The translations under genes and the position numbers were made by a program. A DNA stretch of 64,000 nucleotides from Dehalococcoidia bacterium (GTDB lineage Bacteria > Chloroflexota > Dehalococcoidia > Lucifugimonadales > UBA3495), in assembly GCA_965205385.1 (NCBI GenBank), contig CBDBGS010000008.1, positions 745,752 to 809,751 on the forward strand. The letters are read 5' to 3'. The notes beneath the pieces are model-generated. The model was given only the letters and a program-made list of their open reading frames with translations, had not been told where the DNA came from and searched no databases. This document shows, one piece after another, positions 8,198-17,072 of the stretch. Position 1 is the first letter of the stretch. Each line of letters opens with the position of its first letter.

Positions 8198-10666
8198 TTA
8201 GACCGGGGCTGCCTCTGCCTCGGGAACCTTGTTGCGGATGACGATCTTGTCGTCTTCCATGTCGACTATCGCAGTGTCTCCGGCATCGAGGCTGCCACCG
8301 AGCACCTCGTCGGACAGGGAGTCTTCTACTTCGTTCTGGATCAACCGGCGCAGCGGCCGGGCGCCCAGTACAGGGTCGAAGCCCTTCTCGCCGAGCCATT
8401 GCCGGGCCGAGTCGGTGAGTTCTAGATCGATCTTCTTTTCCGCCAGTTCTTTCCTGACCATGTCAATCATCAGGTCAACGATAGCCAGAATCTCGGACTC
8501 GTCAAGTTGGTGGAAAACGACGGTAGCGTCGATGCGGTTAAGGAACTCGGGACGGAAGAAGCGCTTGACTTCGTCCATCACTTTTTCCTTCATGCGCTCG
8601 TAGGAACTGTCCCTGGTTTGGGCTAGGTCGGACTTGATGCTGAATCCCAGGGTGGTCTCGCGCTTGATCAGGTCGGAGCCCAGGTTGCTGGTCATCACCA
8701 GTATGGAGTTGCGGAAGTCTACCTTCCGGCCCCTGGCGTCTGTCAGCGTACCGGCGTCGAAAATCTGGAGCAGGATGTTGAACACTTCAGGGTGGGCCTT
8801 CTCGATCTCGTCGAACAGGACCGCGCAATAGTTCTTTCTGCGCACTCCCTCGGTCAACTGGCCTCCTTCATCGTAGCCGACGTACCCCGGAGGCGCTCCG
8901 ATCAGCCGGGCAACTGTGTGGCGTTCCTGGAACTCGGACATGTCCAGCCGAATCATAGCGTCTTCGTTGCCGAACATGAACTCGGCTAGGGCCCGAACGA
9001 GTTCGGTTTTACCCACGCCGGTGGGGCCAAGGAACATGAACACTCCGATGGGGCGCCGGGGGTCCTTCAGGCCGGCCCTGGCGCGGCGCACCGATTTGGC
9101 AACGCTGACGATGGCTTCGTCCTGGCCGATGATGCGCTTGTGGAGCTCCTGTTCCATGCGCAGCAGCCGCTCGGTCTCTTCCGAGGCCAGACGGGTTACC
9201 GGGATTCCGGTCCACATGCTGACCACTTCGGCGATATCGTCTTCCGTGACTACCGGACGTTCTTTGCCCTTGCCTTCCTGCCAGTCCTTCTCCAGGGTGT
9301 CCAGGTCTTCGCTCTGGCGCAGTTCGCGGTCCCGTAGCTCGGCTGCGGCCTCGTACTGCTGGGAGGCGATGGCCTCGTCCTTCTCCTTGCGGACCTGTTC
9401 CAAGACTTGCATCGCGTCTTTAACCGACGCGGGAGTCACGCTGCCCCGCAAACGGACCCGAGAGCCAGCCTCGTCGATGAGGTCGATAGCCTTGTCCGGG
9501 AGGAAGCGGTCGGAAATAAAGCGTGACGCCAGGTTGGCGGCGCTGTTGAGCGCCTCGTCTGTGATATCTACGTTGTGGTGGTCCTCATAGCGGCTTCTGA
9601 CGCCCTTGAGGATGTCGACCGTCTCGTCGCTAGAGGGCTCTTCCACCCGCACCGGCTGCAACCGGCGTTCCAGCGCGGGGTCTCTCTCCACGTACTTGCG
9701 GTAGTCGTCCAGGGTGGTCGCTCCGATGCACTGGAGTTCACCCCTGGCCAAAGATGGCTTCAGAATGTTGGAGGCGTCCACCGCGCCTTCGGCGGCTCCA
9801 GCTCCAACGATAGTGTGGATCTCGTCGATAAAGAGCACGCAGTTGCCTGAGCTCTTGATCTCTTCGATGACTTTCTTGAGCCGTTCCTCGAATTCGCCCC
9901 TGTACTTGGTGCCAGCCACTAGGGCTCCCATGTCAAGGGTAACGAGCCGTTTCCCTTGTAGGGTGTCGGGCACCTCTCCGCCGCCGATGCGCTGTGCAAG
10001 AGCTTCGACGATGGCGGTCTTACCTACTCCGGGTTCGCCGACCAGCACGGGGTTGTTCTTGGTGCGGCGGCTGAGTATCTGGACGACCCGTTGTATCTCC
10101 TGCTCACGACCGATGACCGGGTCTAGCTTGTCCGACCGGGCGGCTACCGTGAGGTCGACTCCGAGCTGGTCCAGGGTGGGGGTACGGGTGGTGGTGCGGG
10201 AACCCTGACTGCCCGTGCCCTGGTTGTGGCTGAGAATCCGGTGGGTCTCGGCCCGGACTTTATCCAGGGTGACACCCAGGCTTTCCAAGACGCCCGCGGC
10301 GACGCCTTCACCTTCACGGAGCAGGCCGATGAGAAGGTGTTCGGTCCCGATATAAGTGTGGTTCATCCGGCGCGCCTCATCGACGGCCAGTTCCACCACC
10401 TTCTTAGCTCTAGGGGTGAGCCCAATCTCACCCTGGGCCGGCTTCTCGCCTCGGCCAATAATAAACTCGACTGCGGAGCGGACCTTACTCAGGTCAACAG
10501 CCAGGCTGGAGAGGACTCTTGCGGCCACGCCCTCCGTTTCTCGGACAAGGCCAAGGAGGATGTGCTCGGTGCCGATGTAGTTGTGGTTGAAGCGCTGGGC
10601 CTCTTCCTGGGCAAGTGACAGAACTCTGCGGGCCCGTTCGGAAAACTTCTCGAATCTGCTACCCAT
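8198..10666 (-). CDS. clpC: ATP-dependent Clp protease ATP-binding subunit ClpC
   Basis: 822 aa with duplicated Clp_N repeats ([11 protein letters not shown] / [11 protein letters not shown]). It has two AAA+ modules ([18 protein letters not shown]) and a UVR-like linker. Confidence 0.9.
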   Translation of the reverse strand: MGSRFEKFSERARRVLSLAQEEAQRFNHNYIGTEHILLGLVRETEGVAARVLSSLAVDLSKVRSAVEFIIGRGEKPAQGEIGLTPRAKKVVELAVDEARRMNHTYIGTEHLLIGLLREGEGVAAGVLESLGVTLDKVRAETHRILSHNQGTGSQGSRTTTRTPTLDQLGVDLTVAARSDKLDPVIGREQEIQRVVQILSRRTKNNPVLVGEPGVGKTAIVEALAQRIGGGEVPDTLQGKRLVTLDMGALVAGTKYRGEFEERLKKVIEEIKSSGNCVLFIDEIHTIVGAGAAEGAVDASNILKPSLARGELQCIGATTLDDYRKYVERDPALERRLQPVRVEEPSSDETVDILKGVRSRYEDHHNVDITDEALNSAANLASRFISDRFLPDKAIDLIDEAGSRVRLRGSVTPASVKDAMQVLEQVRKEKDEAIASQQYEAAAELRDRELRQSEDLDTLEKDWQEGKGKERPVVTEDDIAEVVSMWTGIPVTRLASEETERLLRMEQELHKRIIGQDEAIVSVAKSVRRARAGLKDPRRPIGVFMFLGPTGVGKTELVRALAEFMFGNEDAMIRLDMSEFQERHTVARLIGAPPGYVGYDEGGQLTEGVRRKNYCAVLFDEIEKAHPEVFNILLQIFDAGTLTDARGRKVDFRNSILVMTSNLGSDLIKRETTLGFSIKSDLAQTRDSSYERMKEKVMDEVKRFFRPEFLNRIDATVVFHQLDESEILAIVDLMIDMVRKELAEKKIDLELTDSARQWLGEKGFDPVLGARPLRRLIQNEVEDSLSDEVLGGSLDAGDTAIVDMEDDKIVIRNKVPEAEAAPV

Positions 10667-10738
10667 AATTCCGCTCCTGGTGGTGGACGTGATGGGCCCT
10701 TACTTAACAATAAGGACGGACAATAGCCTGATCAGCCA

Positions 10739-10767
10739 ATTATAGGTTCAGGTAAACTGAGTGTAAA
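10739..10767 (-). promoter_or_regulatory. sigma70-type promoter upstream of clpC
   Basis: The minus strand reads TTTACA, a 17-nt spacer, then TATAAT. It lies about 70 nt upstream of the clpC start. Confidence 0.5.
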
Positions 10768-10913
10768 GGCGCTCAGTTGCGTCCAGATTGCGAATCTCGT
10801 GGGTTTTGGTCCACGGTTCGCGGGACCCAATGCCCCAAACTCAGGGACGTCCCCGGAACTAGGCTTGGGTGACGAGGTGTGGGACGATGAGAATCGTCTG
10901 GGGCTGGATGTAC

Positions 10914-11033
10914 CTCCCGGCGGTGACCTATTTTCCCACTCCGTCGCCAGAGCAGTATCGTCGGCGCTGGGGCGTTTCACTTCCGTGTTCGAGATGGGAA
11001 CGGGTGGGGCCACCTCGCTCAAACCACCAGGAA
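10914..11033 (-). rRNA. rrf: 5S ribosomal RNA (stand-alone, not next to a 23S gene)
   Basis: The minus strand reads CCTGGTGGTTTGAGCGAGGTGGCCCCACCCGTTCCCATCTCGAACACGGAAGTGAAACGCCCCAGCGCCGACGATACTGC...GGGAAAATAGGTCACCGCCGGG. This matches the bacterial 5S consensus blocks (CCCGTTCCCATC.CGAACACGGAAGT, GCGCCGA.G.TACT). The 5-prime and 3-prime ends pair as helix I. The ends are approximate to a few nt. Confidence 0.85.
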
Positions 11034-11049
11034 GTACTCCGATTGCCAG

Positions 11050-11078
11050 AGTATGCACTATTTTTCACAACCTGGCAA
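11050..11078 (-). promoter_or_regulatory. candidate promoter for the 5S rRNA gene
   Basis: The minus strand reads TTGCCA, a 17-nt spacer, then CATACT. It ends about 15 nt before the 5S 5-prime end. Confidence 0.4.
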
Positions 11079-11228
11079 GTGTATTTCCCCTCAAACTGAC
11101 CTTTTCTCGCTACTTTCACCCCGTTGCCAGGTGCGCTGATTCGAGCGTTCGATACTCATAATCCGAGGCTGAGATTTAACGCCAGGGCAGAGGACAAGTT
11201 CCGTGGGTCATGGCTGGATGAACCATGC

Positions 11229-11954
11229 TCACAGCGGCCTCTTGGCGGGCATTCCGGCGCGCCGGGGGTACTGTTCGGGCGTTGGGCCTATCTTTTCGAT
11301 CTCCAGCGCCACCCGGTTATCCTCCAACCCTGGTAAGTCCACATGGTGGATACTTTTGAAGCGGCCTCCCAGAATTGTGAGAGCACGCGACGCGGACTCG
11401 ATTTCGCCCTCGATTCCTCCGTGCTTGAGCGCGACTAATTTTCCGCTGATGCCGCAGAACGGAAGGGTGTATTCGGCCAGAGTCGGAAGTCTGGCCACCC
11501 CCCGCGATACGGCCAGATCGAACGATTCCCTGAGCCCCGGTTGGTGCGCGAGTTGCTCGGCCCTGCCCGTGTGTATTTCCATCTCCTCAAGCCCCAGTTT
11601 ATCGGTGATAAAGCGGAGGAATTCCGTCTTTTTCCCGGTGGATTCCAGCAGGGACACGCGGAGGTCGGGGAAGGCTATCTTGAGCGGAATCCCAGGCAAT
11701 CCGGCACCGGCCCCGACGTCGATCAACCGGCCGCCCGAAGGAAGGGGCCGGCCCGTCGCAATGCAAACGGTCAAGGAGTCCAGAAAGTGCTTTACCTGCA
11801 CCTCCTCGTAGTCGACTATGGATGTGAGGTTTATCCGCTGGTTCCACTCGGCCAGCTCGGCGTAGTAGGTCTGAAACTGGTCGATCTGGCGATCGTCCAG
11901 GCTTATGCCCAGCGCTTTCGATCCCTCGGTGAGTAGTCGCATTCGACGCTCCAT
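11229..11954 (-). CDS. rsmG: 16S rRNA (guanine527-N7)-methyltransferase RsmG (GidB)
   Basis: 241 aa with the SAM motif IDVGAGAGLPGIPLKI. The N-terminal YYAELAEWNQRINLT is typical of GidB. Confidence 0.85.
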   Translation of the reverse strand: MERRMRLLTEGSKALGISLDDRQIDQFQTYYAELAEWNQRINLTSIVDYEEVQVKHFLDSLTVCIATGRPLPSGGRLIDVGAGAGLPGIPLKIAFPDLRVSLLESTGKKTEFLRFITDKLGLEEMEIHTGRAEQLAHQPGLRESFDLAVSRGVARLPTLAEYTLPFCGISGKLVALKHGGIEGEIESASRALTILGGRFKSIHHVDLPGLEDNRVALEIEKIGPTPEQYPRRAGMPAKRPL

Positions 11955-12006
11955 TGGACTAGATTATAGTCATAAATATGTTCGTCACGAGGGCTCGCTG
12001 GGTCAA

Positions 12007-12035
12007 TTGACAGCCTAGTAGGCCCCTCGTAGAAT
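12007..12035 (+). promoter_or_regulatory. sigma70-type promoter
   Basis: TTGACA, a 17-nt spacer, then TAGAAT. It leaves a ~100-nt leader before the ORF at 12141. Confidence 0.45.
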
Positions 12036-12140
12036 TAGCCGAGTCTCGAGATTTTACGTAATCCGCATGGCATTCGGCGCATTTCCCAAGGGGAAGCCCC
12101 GGGTGCGGTCAATTGCCGGACTACGGGGGAAGGGTTTGCA

Positions 12141-12377
12141 ATGGCGACTAAAGCATACCTGTTGGTGGAGACCGCGGTAGGTCAGACCAGGGAAGTGGCA
12201 GATACCCTCAGGGGCATGGAAAATATCGAGACCGTCGACGTGGTCACCGGCCCATACGACATCATCGCGGTGATTAGTGGTGAAGATATGTCGGTGGTGG
12301 GCAACGTGGTTACCGGCAATATACACACGGTGGGCGGCGTAGTGCGGACCGTTACCTGTGTGGCTGTGGGCGGCTAG
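12141..12377 (+). CDS. stand-alone Lrp/AsnC ligand-binding (RAM) domain protein
   Basis: 78 aa. The sequence KAYLLVETAVGQTREVADTLRGMENIETVDVVTGPYDIIAVI is the AsnC_trans_reg fold pattern without an HTH. Confidence 0.7.
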   Translation: MATKAYLLVETAVGQTREVADTLRGMENIETVDVVTGPYDIIAVISGEDMSVVGNVVTGNIHTVGGVVRTVTCVAVGG

Positions 12378-12423
12378 ACTTTCTTCCCTCGGGCGGCGGC
12401 GGACATGTTGTTAGCGGTCCCCG

Positions 12424-13632
12424 TTGGCTTTTCCAGGCCCATTAAGGAGATTCGCTGTGGATTTCACGTTTAGCCCCGAAGACGATTCCTTCAGGCAGGA
12501 TGTCCGCCAGTTCATTCGCCGGGAGCTTCCCGCCGATTGGGAAGGCGGCGGCCGCTACCCGGAGGAAGACGACTGGGACCTAACGGTGCAGATCCGGAAG
12601 AAGATGGCTGACCGGGGCTGGCTGACGATGCATTGGCCCGAGGAATACGGCGGACAGGCGGCCTCTCAGGTCCGCTCCGCCATATTCAGCGAGGAACTGA
12701 CCTACAACCGGACGCCGGGCAGGGACATATTCGGTGTGCGGATGCTTGGCCCCACTTTGATGATCCACGGCTCGGAGGAACAGAAACAGGCCCATCTGCC
12801 GCCGGTGGCCAGGGGAGAGATCCAATGGTGCCAGGGTTACAGCGAGCCCGGCTCGGGGTCCGACCTCGCCTCCCTCAGCACCCGCGCCATTAAAGACGGC
12901 GATGACCTGGTGATCAACGGCAGCAAGATTTGGACCAGCATGGCCCACCACGCCGACTGGATAATGCTGCTGGCCCGCACGGACCCGGACGCCCCCAAGC
13001 ACAGGGGAATCAGCTTCGTCCTTGTGGATATGAAGAGTCCTGGGATTCAGGTGAGGCCCATCATCAACATGGCCAACCGCCACGAATTCAACCAGGTGAT
13101 TTTCGACAACGTCAGAGTGCCGGTGAGGAACATAGTTGGAGAGGAGAACCGGGGTTGGTACGTGGCCGTGACGTTGCTGGACTTTGAGCGTTCCGGAATA
13201 GACTACTCGGCTACCGGGCGCCGGCTGTTGGATGAGACGCTGGAGTATGCCACTGAGACGACCCGCAACGGCAAGCCATTGTCCGAGACCGGCTGGGTCC
13301 GGAACGCGTTGGCCGACCGGTACATCGAATGCGAAGTTGCCCGGCTCATGGCCTACAACGTGGCCTACATGCAGGGGCAAGGCCTGGTGCCCAACAAAGA
13401 GGCATCCATGAGCAAGGTCTTCGGAAGCGAGACCGTGCAGCGGATCACCAAGACCAGCTTGGACATCCTTGGCATGTACGGTTTCCTTGGGCGGGATGAG
13501 AAATGGGCGCCCCTGAAGGGAAGGATCCAGGAAAACTGGATGAGCGCCTTCTCCGGGACCATCGCCGCCGGGACCTCCGAGGTCCAGCGGAACATCATCG
13601 CCTCTCGGGGGTTGGGACTTCCCCGCGGGTAA
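12424..13632 (+). CDS. acyl-CoA dehydrogenase family protein
   Basis: 402 aa with canonical ACAD architecture and motifs (YSEPGSGSD, INGSKIWTS, C-terminal GTSEVQRNIIA). A GTG at 12457 (VDFTFSPEDD) is an alternative start. Confidence 0.85.
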   Translation: MAFPGPLRRFAVDFTFSPEDDSFRQDVRQFIRRELPADWEGGGRYPEEDDWDLTVQIRKKMADRGWLTMHWPEEYGGQAASQVRSAIFSEELTYNRTPGRDIFGVRMLGPTLMIHGSEEQKQAHLPPVARGEIQWCQGYSEPGSGSDLASLSTRAIKDGDDLVINGSKIWTSMAHHADWIMLLARTDPDAPKHRGISFVLVDMKSPGIQVRPIINMANRHEFNQVIFDNVRVPVRNIVGEENRGWYVAVTLLDFERSGIDYSATGRRLLDETLEYATETTRNGKPLSETGWVRNALADRYIECEVARLMAYNVAYMQGQGLVPNKEASMSKVFGSETVQRITKTSLDILGMYGFLGRDEKWAPLKGRIQENWMSAFSGTIAAGTSEVQRNIIASRGLGLPRG

Positions 13633-13665
13633 GCTCTCTCGATTAAGCGTTCTGGGACCTGTTTC

Positions 13666-14031
13666 TTAGGCCGCTAGGGCCTGCACCGCGTCCTGGTCCA
13701 TCTGGCACTCTGCTTCCCGGCAGCGGCGCATGATCCGGAAGATGGTCCGCACAGTCACCGAGAAACGCTCCGCCGCTTCTTCCGCCGTTAGCCCCTCTGA
13801 CTGGATCGTGTTCCACACCCTGAAGTCTTTCGCCAGGCGCCTTTGCTGTTGGAACCAGATGGGGTCATCGAACCTGCACTGAGGCAGCGGGCAGGTGAGG
13901 CAAGACGGGGATATCTCGCAACCCGTGTCGTAGTAATGGTAAAACTCCGGGACCGTATCGACTATCGCCGCAGTTGCCGTTGCTCTAACCATGACCAAAC
14001 TCCCAAACATGTGTTCTAATGCTGGGAGCAA
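13666..14031 (-). CDS. hypothetical Cys-rich protein with a C-terminal HTH-like segment
   Basis: 121 aa. It has a cysteine cluster (CEISPSCLTCPLPQC) followed by LTAEEAAERFSVTVRTIFRIMRR. The start is ambiguous (TTG 14031, ATG 14010 or 13992). Confidence 0.4.
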   Translation of the reverse strand: MLPALEHMFGSLVMVRATATAAIVDTVPEFYHYYDTGCEISPSCLTCPLPQCRFDDPIWFQQQRRLAKDFRVWNTIQSEGLTAEEAAERFSVTVRTIFRIMRRCREAECQMDQDAVQALAA

Positions 14032-14145
14032 GTATAGAACATGTGTTTCAGGGCCGTCAATGGGTTTTGGCCGGAAAGTAGAACGGAATTTCGAGTAATT
14101 CAGAACAAGGGTCTAGGTAGGAGTTGAAGAGGGAAACGAGGTGAT

Positions 14146-14475
14146 TCAGGATTCGAGTTGTGGCCGTGCGGCCTTTCCCAGGATCAGGCCATTGTCCAGT
14201 TCGATCCTCGCCCGCAGGTTGGTGAACAACAGGAACCGCCGGGAGTCTATGTACATGTTGGACGTGTGGTTGGCGAGGTCGGCGGCGATCAGAAGTTCCA
14301 CTCCGTCCTGATGGACCGGCACGTATTCCGTGGTGTCCCGCCGGCCTATGTGAGTATCGACCGATACTTCAACAATCGACCCGGATCAAGAAGAGTAGCA
14401 GAGTAGGTCTACAGCGGCCCTGCCACCCTTCTTCTGGATGTGGACAACCGCCTTTTCTCCCAGATTTAATTCCAT
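14146..14475 (-). CDS. candidate selenoprotein, HesB/IscA-like (in-frame TGA at codon 30)
   Basis: ATG at 14475 follows GAGGTG at 5-nt spacing. The frame reads MELNLGEKAVVHIQKKGGRAAVDLLCYSS-TGA-SGSIVEV... and stays open for 79 more codons to the TGA at 14146-14148. The internal TGA is at 14386-14388. The SS-U-SG context aligns with the GGCSG cysteine of IscA/HesB. The gene lies 10 nt downstream of the yqeK-like gene in the same operon. It is absent from the ORF track because the TGA splits it. Confidence 0.6.
14354..14367 (-). promoter_or_regulatory. SECIS-like hairpin downstream of the in-frame UGA
   Basis: The RNA reads GUAUC-GGUC-GAUAC, a 5-bp stem with a GGUC apical loop. The loop starts 26 nt after the U of UGA. 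A possible lower CCGG/CCGG stem flanks it. Confidence 0.45.
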
Positions 14476-14485
14476 GCCAGCACCT

Positions 14486-15133
14486 CTATGCGGTCCCGCT
14501 TGTGGTTTTGAGAGGCTCTTCCTGGACCTGTGTCAGAAGGTAGTTTCGCGTTTCAACCGTCACCGGATGGATGAACTCTCCCCGGTCGAGCCTTGGTGAC
14601 CTGATCTCCCGCGTCAGGAACTCCAGGATTGCCCTGTCCAGGTCTTCCTTGGCCATTTCCCGAAGTTGTGAGATGAAGGGGTAACGGTGTTGCTTGTTGG
14701 GGTCGAGTTTGTCTGCCAGAAACACGACCTTCCCCAGCGTGTCCTGGGTTGGGTGGCTGGTGGTGTGCCAGTATACGGCCTGGAGAAGGGAGGCATCATC
14801 CACGCCGTCGCTTTGCCGCAACAGCTCCGAGCCAACCGGTCCGTGCAACATGACGGGGACCTGCTGTTCGACCAGTCCAATGGGAACGCCCAACTCGGGC
14901 GCGAGGCGCAACTGCTCCTTCCCAGGCATGGCCCTGGCTACGTCATGGGCGAGCATTCCAACGGCGGCGCGCTCTTCGTCGAGACCGTGGCAATGGGCAA
15001 GCTCCCTGGCGATTTCGACTACCCTGTAAATGTGGGCCTGAAGCCCATCAGGCAGCCGGTCGACGCGCCGTTGGATGTGGCGCGTGTCCTGGTCCATTCC
15101 CTTGCCGCGGGAAATTTCCGGTTGAGTCGACAT
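14486..15133 (-). CDS. HD-domain phosphohydrolase, YqeK-like (bis(5-nucleosyl)-tetraphosphatase type)
   Basis: 215 aa with an HD motif (LAHDVARA). Conserved H residues lie in HIYRVVEIARELA and YWHTT, and FLADKLDP is typical of YqeK. Confidence 0.65.
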   Translation of the reverse strand: MSTQPEISRGKGMDQDTRHIQRRVDRLPDGLQAHIYRVVEIARELAHCHGLDEERAAVGMLAHDVARAMPGKEQLRLAPELGVPIGLVEQQVPVMLHGPVGSELLRQSDGVDDASLLQAVYWHTTSHPTQDTLGKVVFLADKLDPNKQHRYPFISQLREMAKEDLDRAILEFLTREIRSPRLDRGEFIHPVTVETRNYLLTQVQEEPLKTTSGTA

Positions 15134-15138
15134 GGCGG

Positions 15139-15486
15139 TTATCCTAGGGCTCCCAGTGGTCGTCCGCCCAGCAGGTGCATGTGCAAATGTTCAATTCCCT
15201 GACCGGAGTCGGGACCCTGGTTTAGGGCCAGCCGGTACCCGCTCAACGTGACGCCTTCTCTCCGGGCCATCTCCTCGGCCACCACGAACAGGTGTCCCAT
15301 GACCGGAATCTGACCGGGACCGATGTAGGCCAGGGAGGGAAGGTGCATGTTGGGGATAATCAGCAAGTGGACCTGGGCCGTTGGATTGATGTCGCGGACC
15401 ACGTAAACCTGGTCGTCGCGGTAGATGGGGGACTCGTGGGCCGAGTCCCGGGCCATGGCGCAGAACACGCAACCGCCTGTGCTCAT
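15139..15486 (-). CDS. HIT (histidine triad) family protein
   Basis: 115 aa with the histidine triad HLHMHLLGG and an N-terminal CVFC motif. Confidence 0.85.
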   Translation of the reverse strand: MSTGGCVFCAMARDSAHESPIYRDDQVYVVRDINPTAQVHLLIIPNMHLPSLAYIGPGQIPVMGHLFVVAEEMARREGVTLSGYRLALNQGPDSGQGIEHLHMHLLGGRPLGALG

Positions 15487-16625
15487 TTGGCAAATGCCTC
15501 CAGACGCCCAAGGGCAAGGTCCTTGTGAAAGTTGGAATCACCGTAGCTGAGTTGCTGGACTTTGGCCCGGCGGGTGTAGAGTTGCAAGTCGTGTTCCTTG
15601 GTGAAACCGATGGCCCCATGACACTGGTGGGACCGGGCGCACACCCTGTCGTAAGCCTCGCTTACCCACGCCTTGGCCACCGAGACCTCGCGCTGCGCGT
15701 CCACCCCCTCCGATATCTTCCAGGCCGCTTGATAGGCTACAGTTCGGCTGCCCTCTACGTCAGTGGCCATTTCGGAGCATGCGTGTTGGACCGCTTGGAA
15801 ACTGCCAACCGGCCGGCCGAATTGCGTCCGTTGTTTGACGTATTCGACGGTCATGTCCAGGATAGCTTCAGAGCCGCCCAGCATCTCCATGCACTTTCCG
15901 GCTATGGCCCGCTGCAGCGTCCGCTCCACCACCGGCCAACCTCCGTCTACCTGGCCTAGAACGGCGTCGGGACCTACACTCACACCTTCCAGCCTCACCT
16001 CGCACTGGTGGTCCGCGGCGATGGTGTTCAACGGCTGAACACTGACCCCACTGGAATCCGTCGGCACCAGAAACAGAGTGATCCCCCGTGAAGGGTCTTC
16101 CCCGGTGGAAGTGCGCGCCACGACCACCATCAGGTCTGCGGCCTGGGCGTCAGGAACGAATAACTTCGTACCATCTAGCACGAACCCATCACCCTCTGGC
16201 GCGGCGGCAGTCTCGATTCCCCACGGCTCGTACGTGGCCGAAGGTTCGGTCAGGGCCATCGTCATGAGCAGTTGCCCGCCGCACACCCTGTTTATCAATT
16301 CCTTCTTTTGTTCTTCTGTTCCGGCGTCGAGGACTGGCAGACCGCCCAGGACAACAGTTGAAAACAAGGGGCCGGGAAGGAGCGCCCGCCCCGTCTCTTC
16401 CAGCAGGACGGAGAGATCCATAAAGTCCCCGCCCGTGCCGCCGAGTTGTTCTGCGAAGACTACTCCCGTCCAGCCCAACTCCACGATCTGACGCCAAAGA
16501 TCATCGCTGTAGCCTCGGGGGTCTTCCTCAAGCTCGCGCACCAAGGTCAGTGGGCATTCCTGTGCCAAAAACTCCTGAGCGCTGCTCTTGAGCATTTGCT
16601 GGACTTCGCTAAGTCCCAGGTCCAT
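15483..16625 (-). CDS. acyl-CoA dehydrogenase family protein
   Basis: 380 aa with ACAD architecture. It has a 4-nt overlap with the downstream HIT gene. Confidence 0.85.
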   Translation of the reverse strand: MDLGLSEVQQMLKSSAQEFLAQECPLTLVRELEEDPRGYSDDLWRQIVELGWTGVVFAEQLGGTGGDFMDLSVLLEETGRALLPGPLFSTVVLGGLPVLDAGTEEQKKELINRVCGGQLLMTMALTEPSATYEPWGIETAAAPEGDGFVLDGTKLFVPDAQAADLMVVVARTSTGEDPSRGITLFLVPTDSSGVSVQPLNTIAADHQCEVRLEGVSVGPDAVLGQVDGGWPVVERTLQRAIAGKCMEMLGGSEAILDMTVEYVKQRTQFGRPVGSFQAVQHACSEMATDVEGSRTVAYQAAWKISEGVDAQREVSVAKAWVSEAYDRVCARSHQCHGAIGFTKEHDLQLYTRRAKVQQLSYGDSNFHKDLALGRLEAFAK

Positions 16626-16666
16626 ATATTTTGCCTCGTACTCTAGGGATTGCGAGTGAATTTACT

Positions 16667-17038
16667 TTAGCCGAAGCTCGCGGTTCTAAGACTGCCGGGG
16701 ATCGGAACCAATCGTTCGTTGTAAGGGTCGACGGCCAATAATGCGTTTTCCAGGGCCGTGACTCCGAGCAGTGGCGTAGTACCCTCCGGCGCGACTATCG
16801 TGAGAGCGAACACCTCTTTTTCCTCGAACCTAATCCTCAGATAGCCCACGGTGTATTCGACCTTGCTTTCGTCCGCGAGTACGAACTCCCGAGTCTCGGG
16901 CGACATCAGGGTGAGACCGGCGATCAAGTCCTCCGGGACCATTGTATAGACGGCTCCGGTATCCACCATGGCTTCGGTATGCGCGAAGTGGCTACTTGAG
17001 AGGTCTCCTATTTCTATTTGTACGGTAAACGTGCCCAC
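16667..17038 (-). CDS. retropepsin-like (clan AA) aspartic protease domain protein
   Basis: It has the VDTGA active-site motif (EAMVDTGAVYTMV). The track ORF (to 17209) overlaps the aminotransferase 3-prime end. A GTG at 17038 gives a non-overlapping ~123-aa product. Confidence 0.5.
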   Translation of the reverse strand: MGTFTVQIEIGDLSSSHFAHTEAMVDTGAVYTMVPEDLIAGLTLMSPETREFVLADESKVEYTVGYLRIRFEEKEVFALTIVAPEGTTPLLGVTALENALLAVDPYNERLVPIPGSLRTASFG

Positions 17039-17072
17039 TATGAACCTACATCCCGGTTGGAACCGCGTTCCC

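Noticed and set aside
10770-10913. I looked for a tRNA, tmRNA or RNase P RNA downstream of the 5S gene, in the 140 bp before the clpC promoter.
   Set aside because: Only short hairpins are present (GACGAT-TCTC-ATCGTC, GGGAC/GTCCC, GGTCC...GGACC). There is no cloverleaf, no tmRNA ends and no RNase P P4 consensus. They are probably 5S processing or termination structures.
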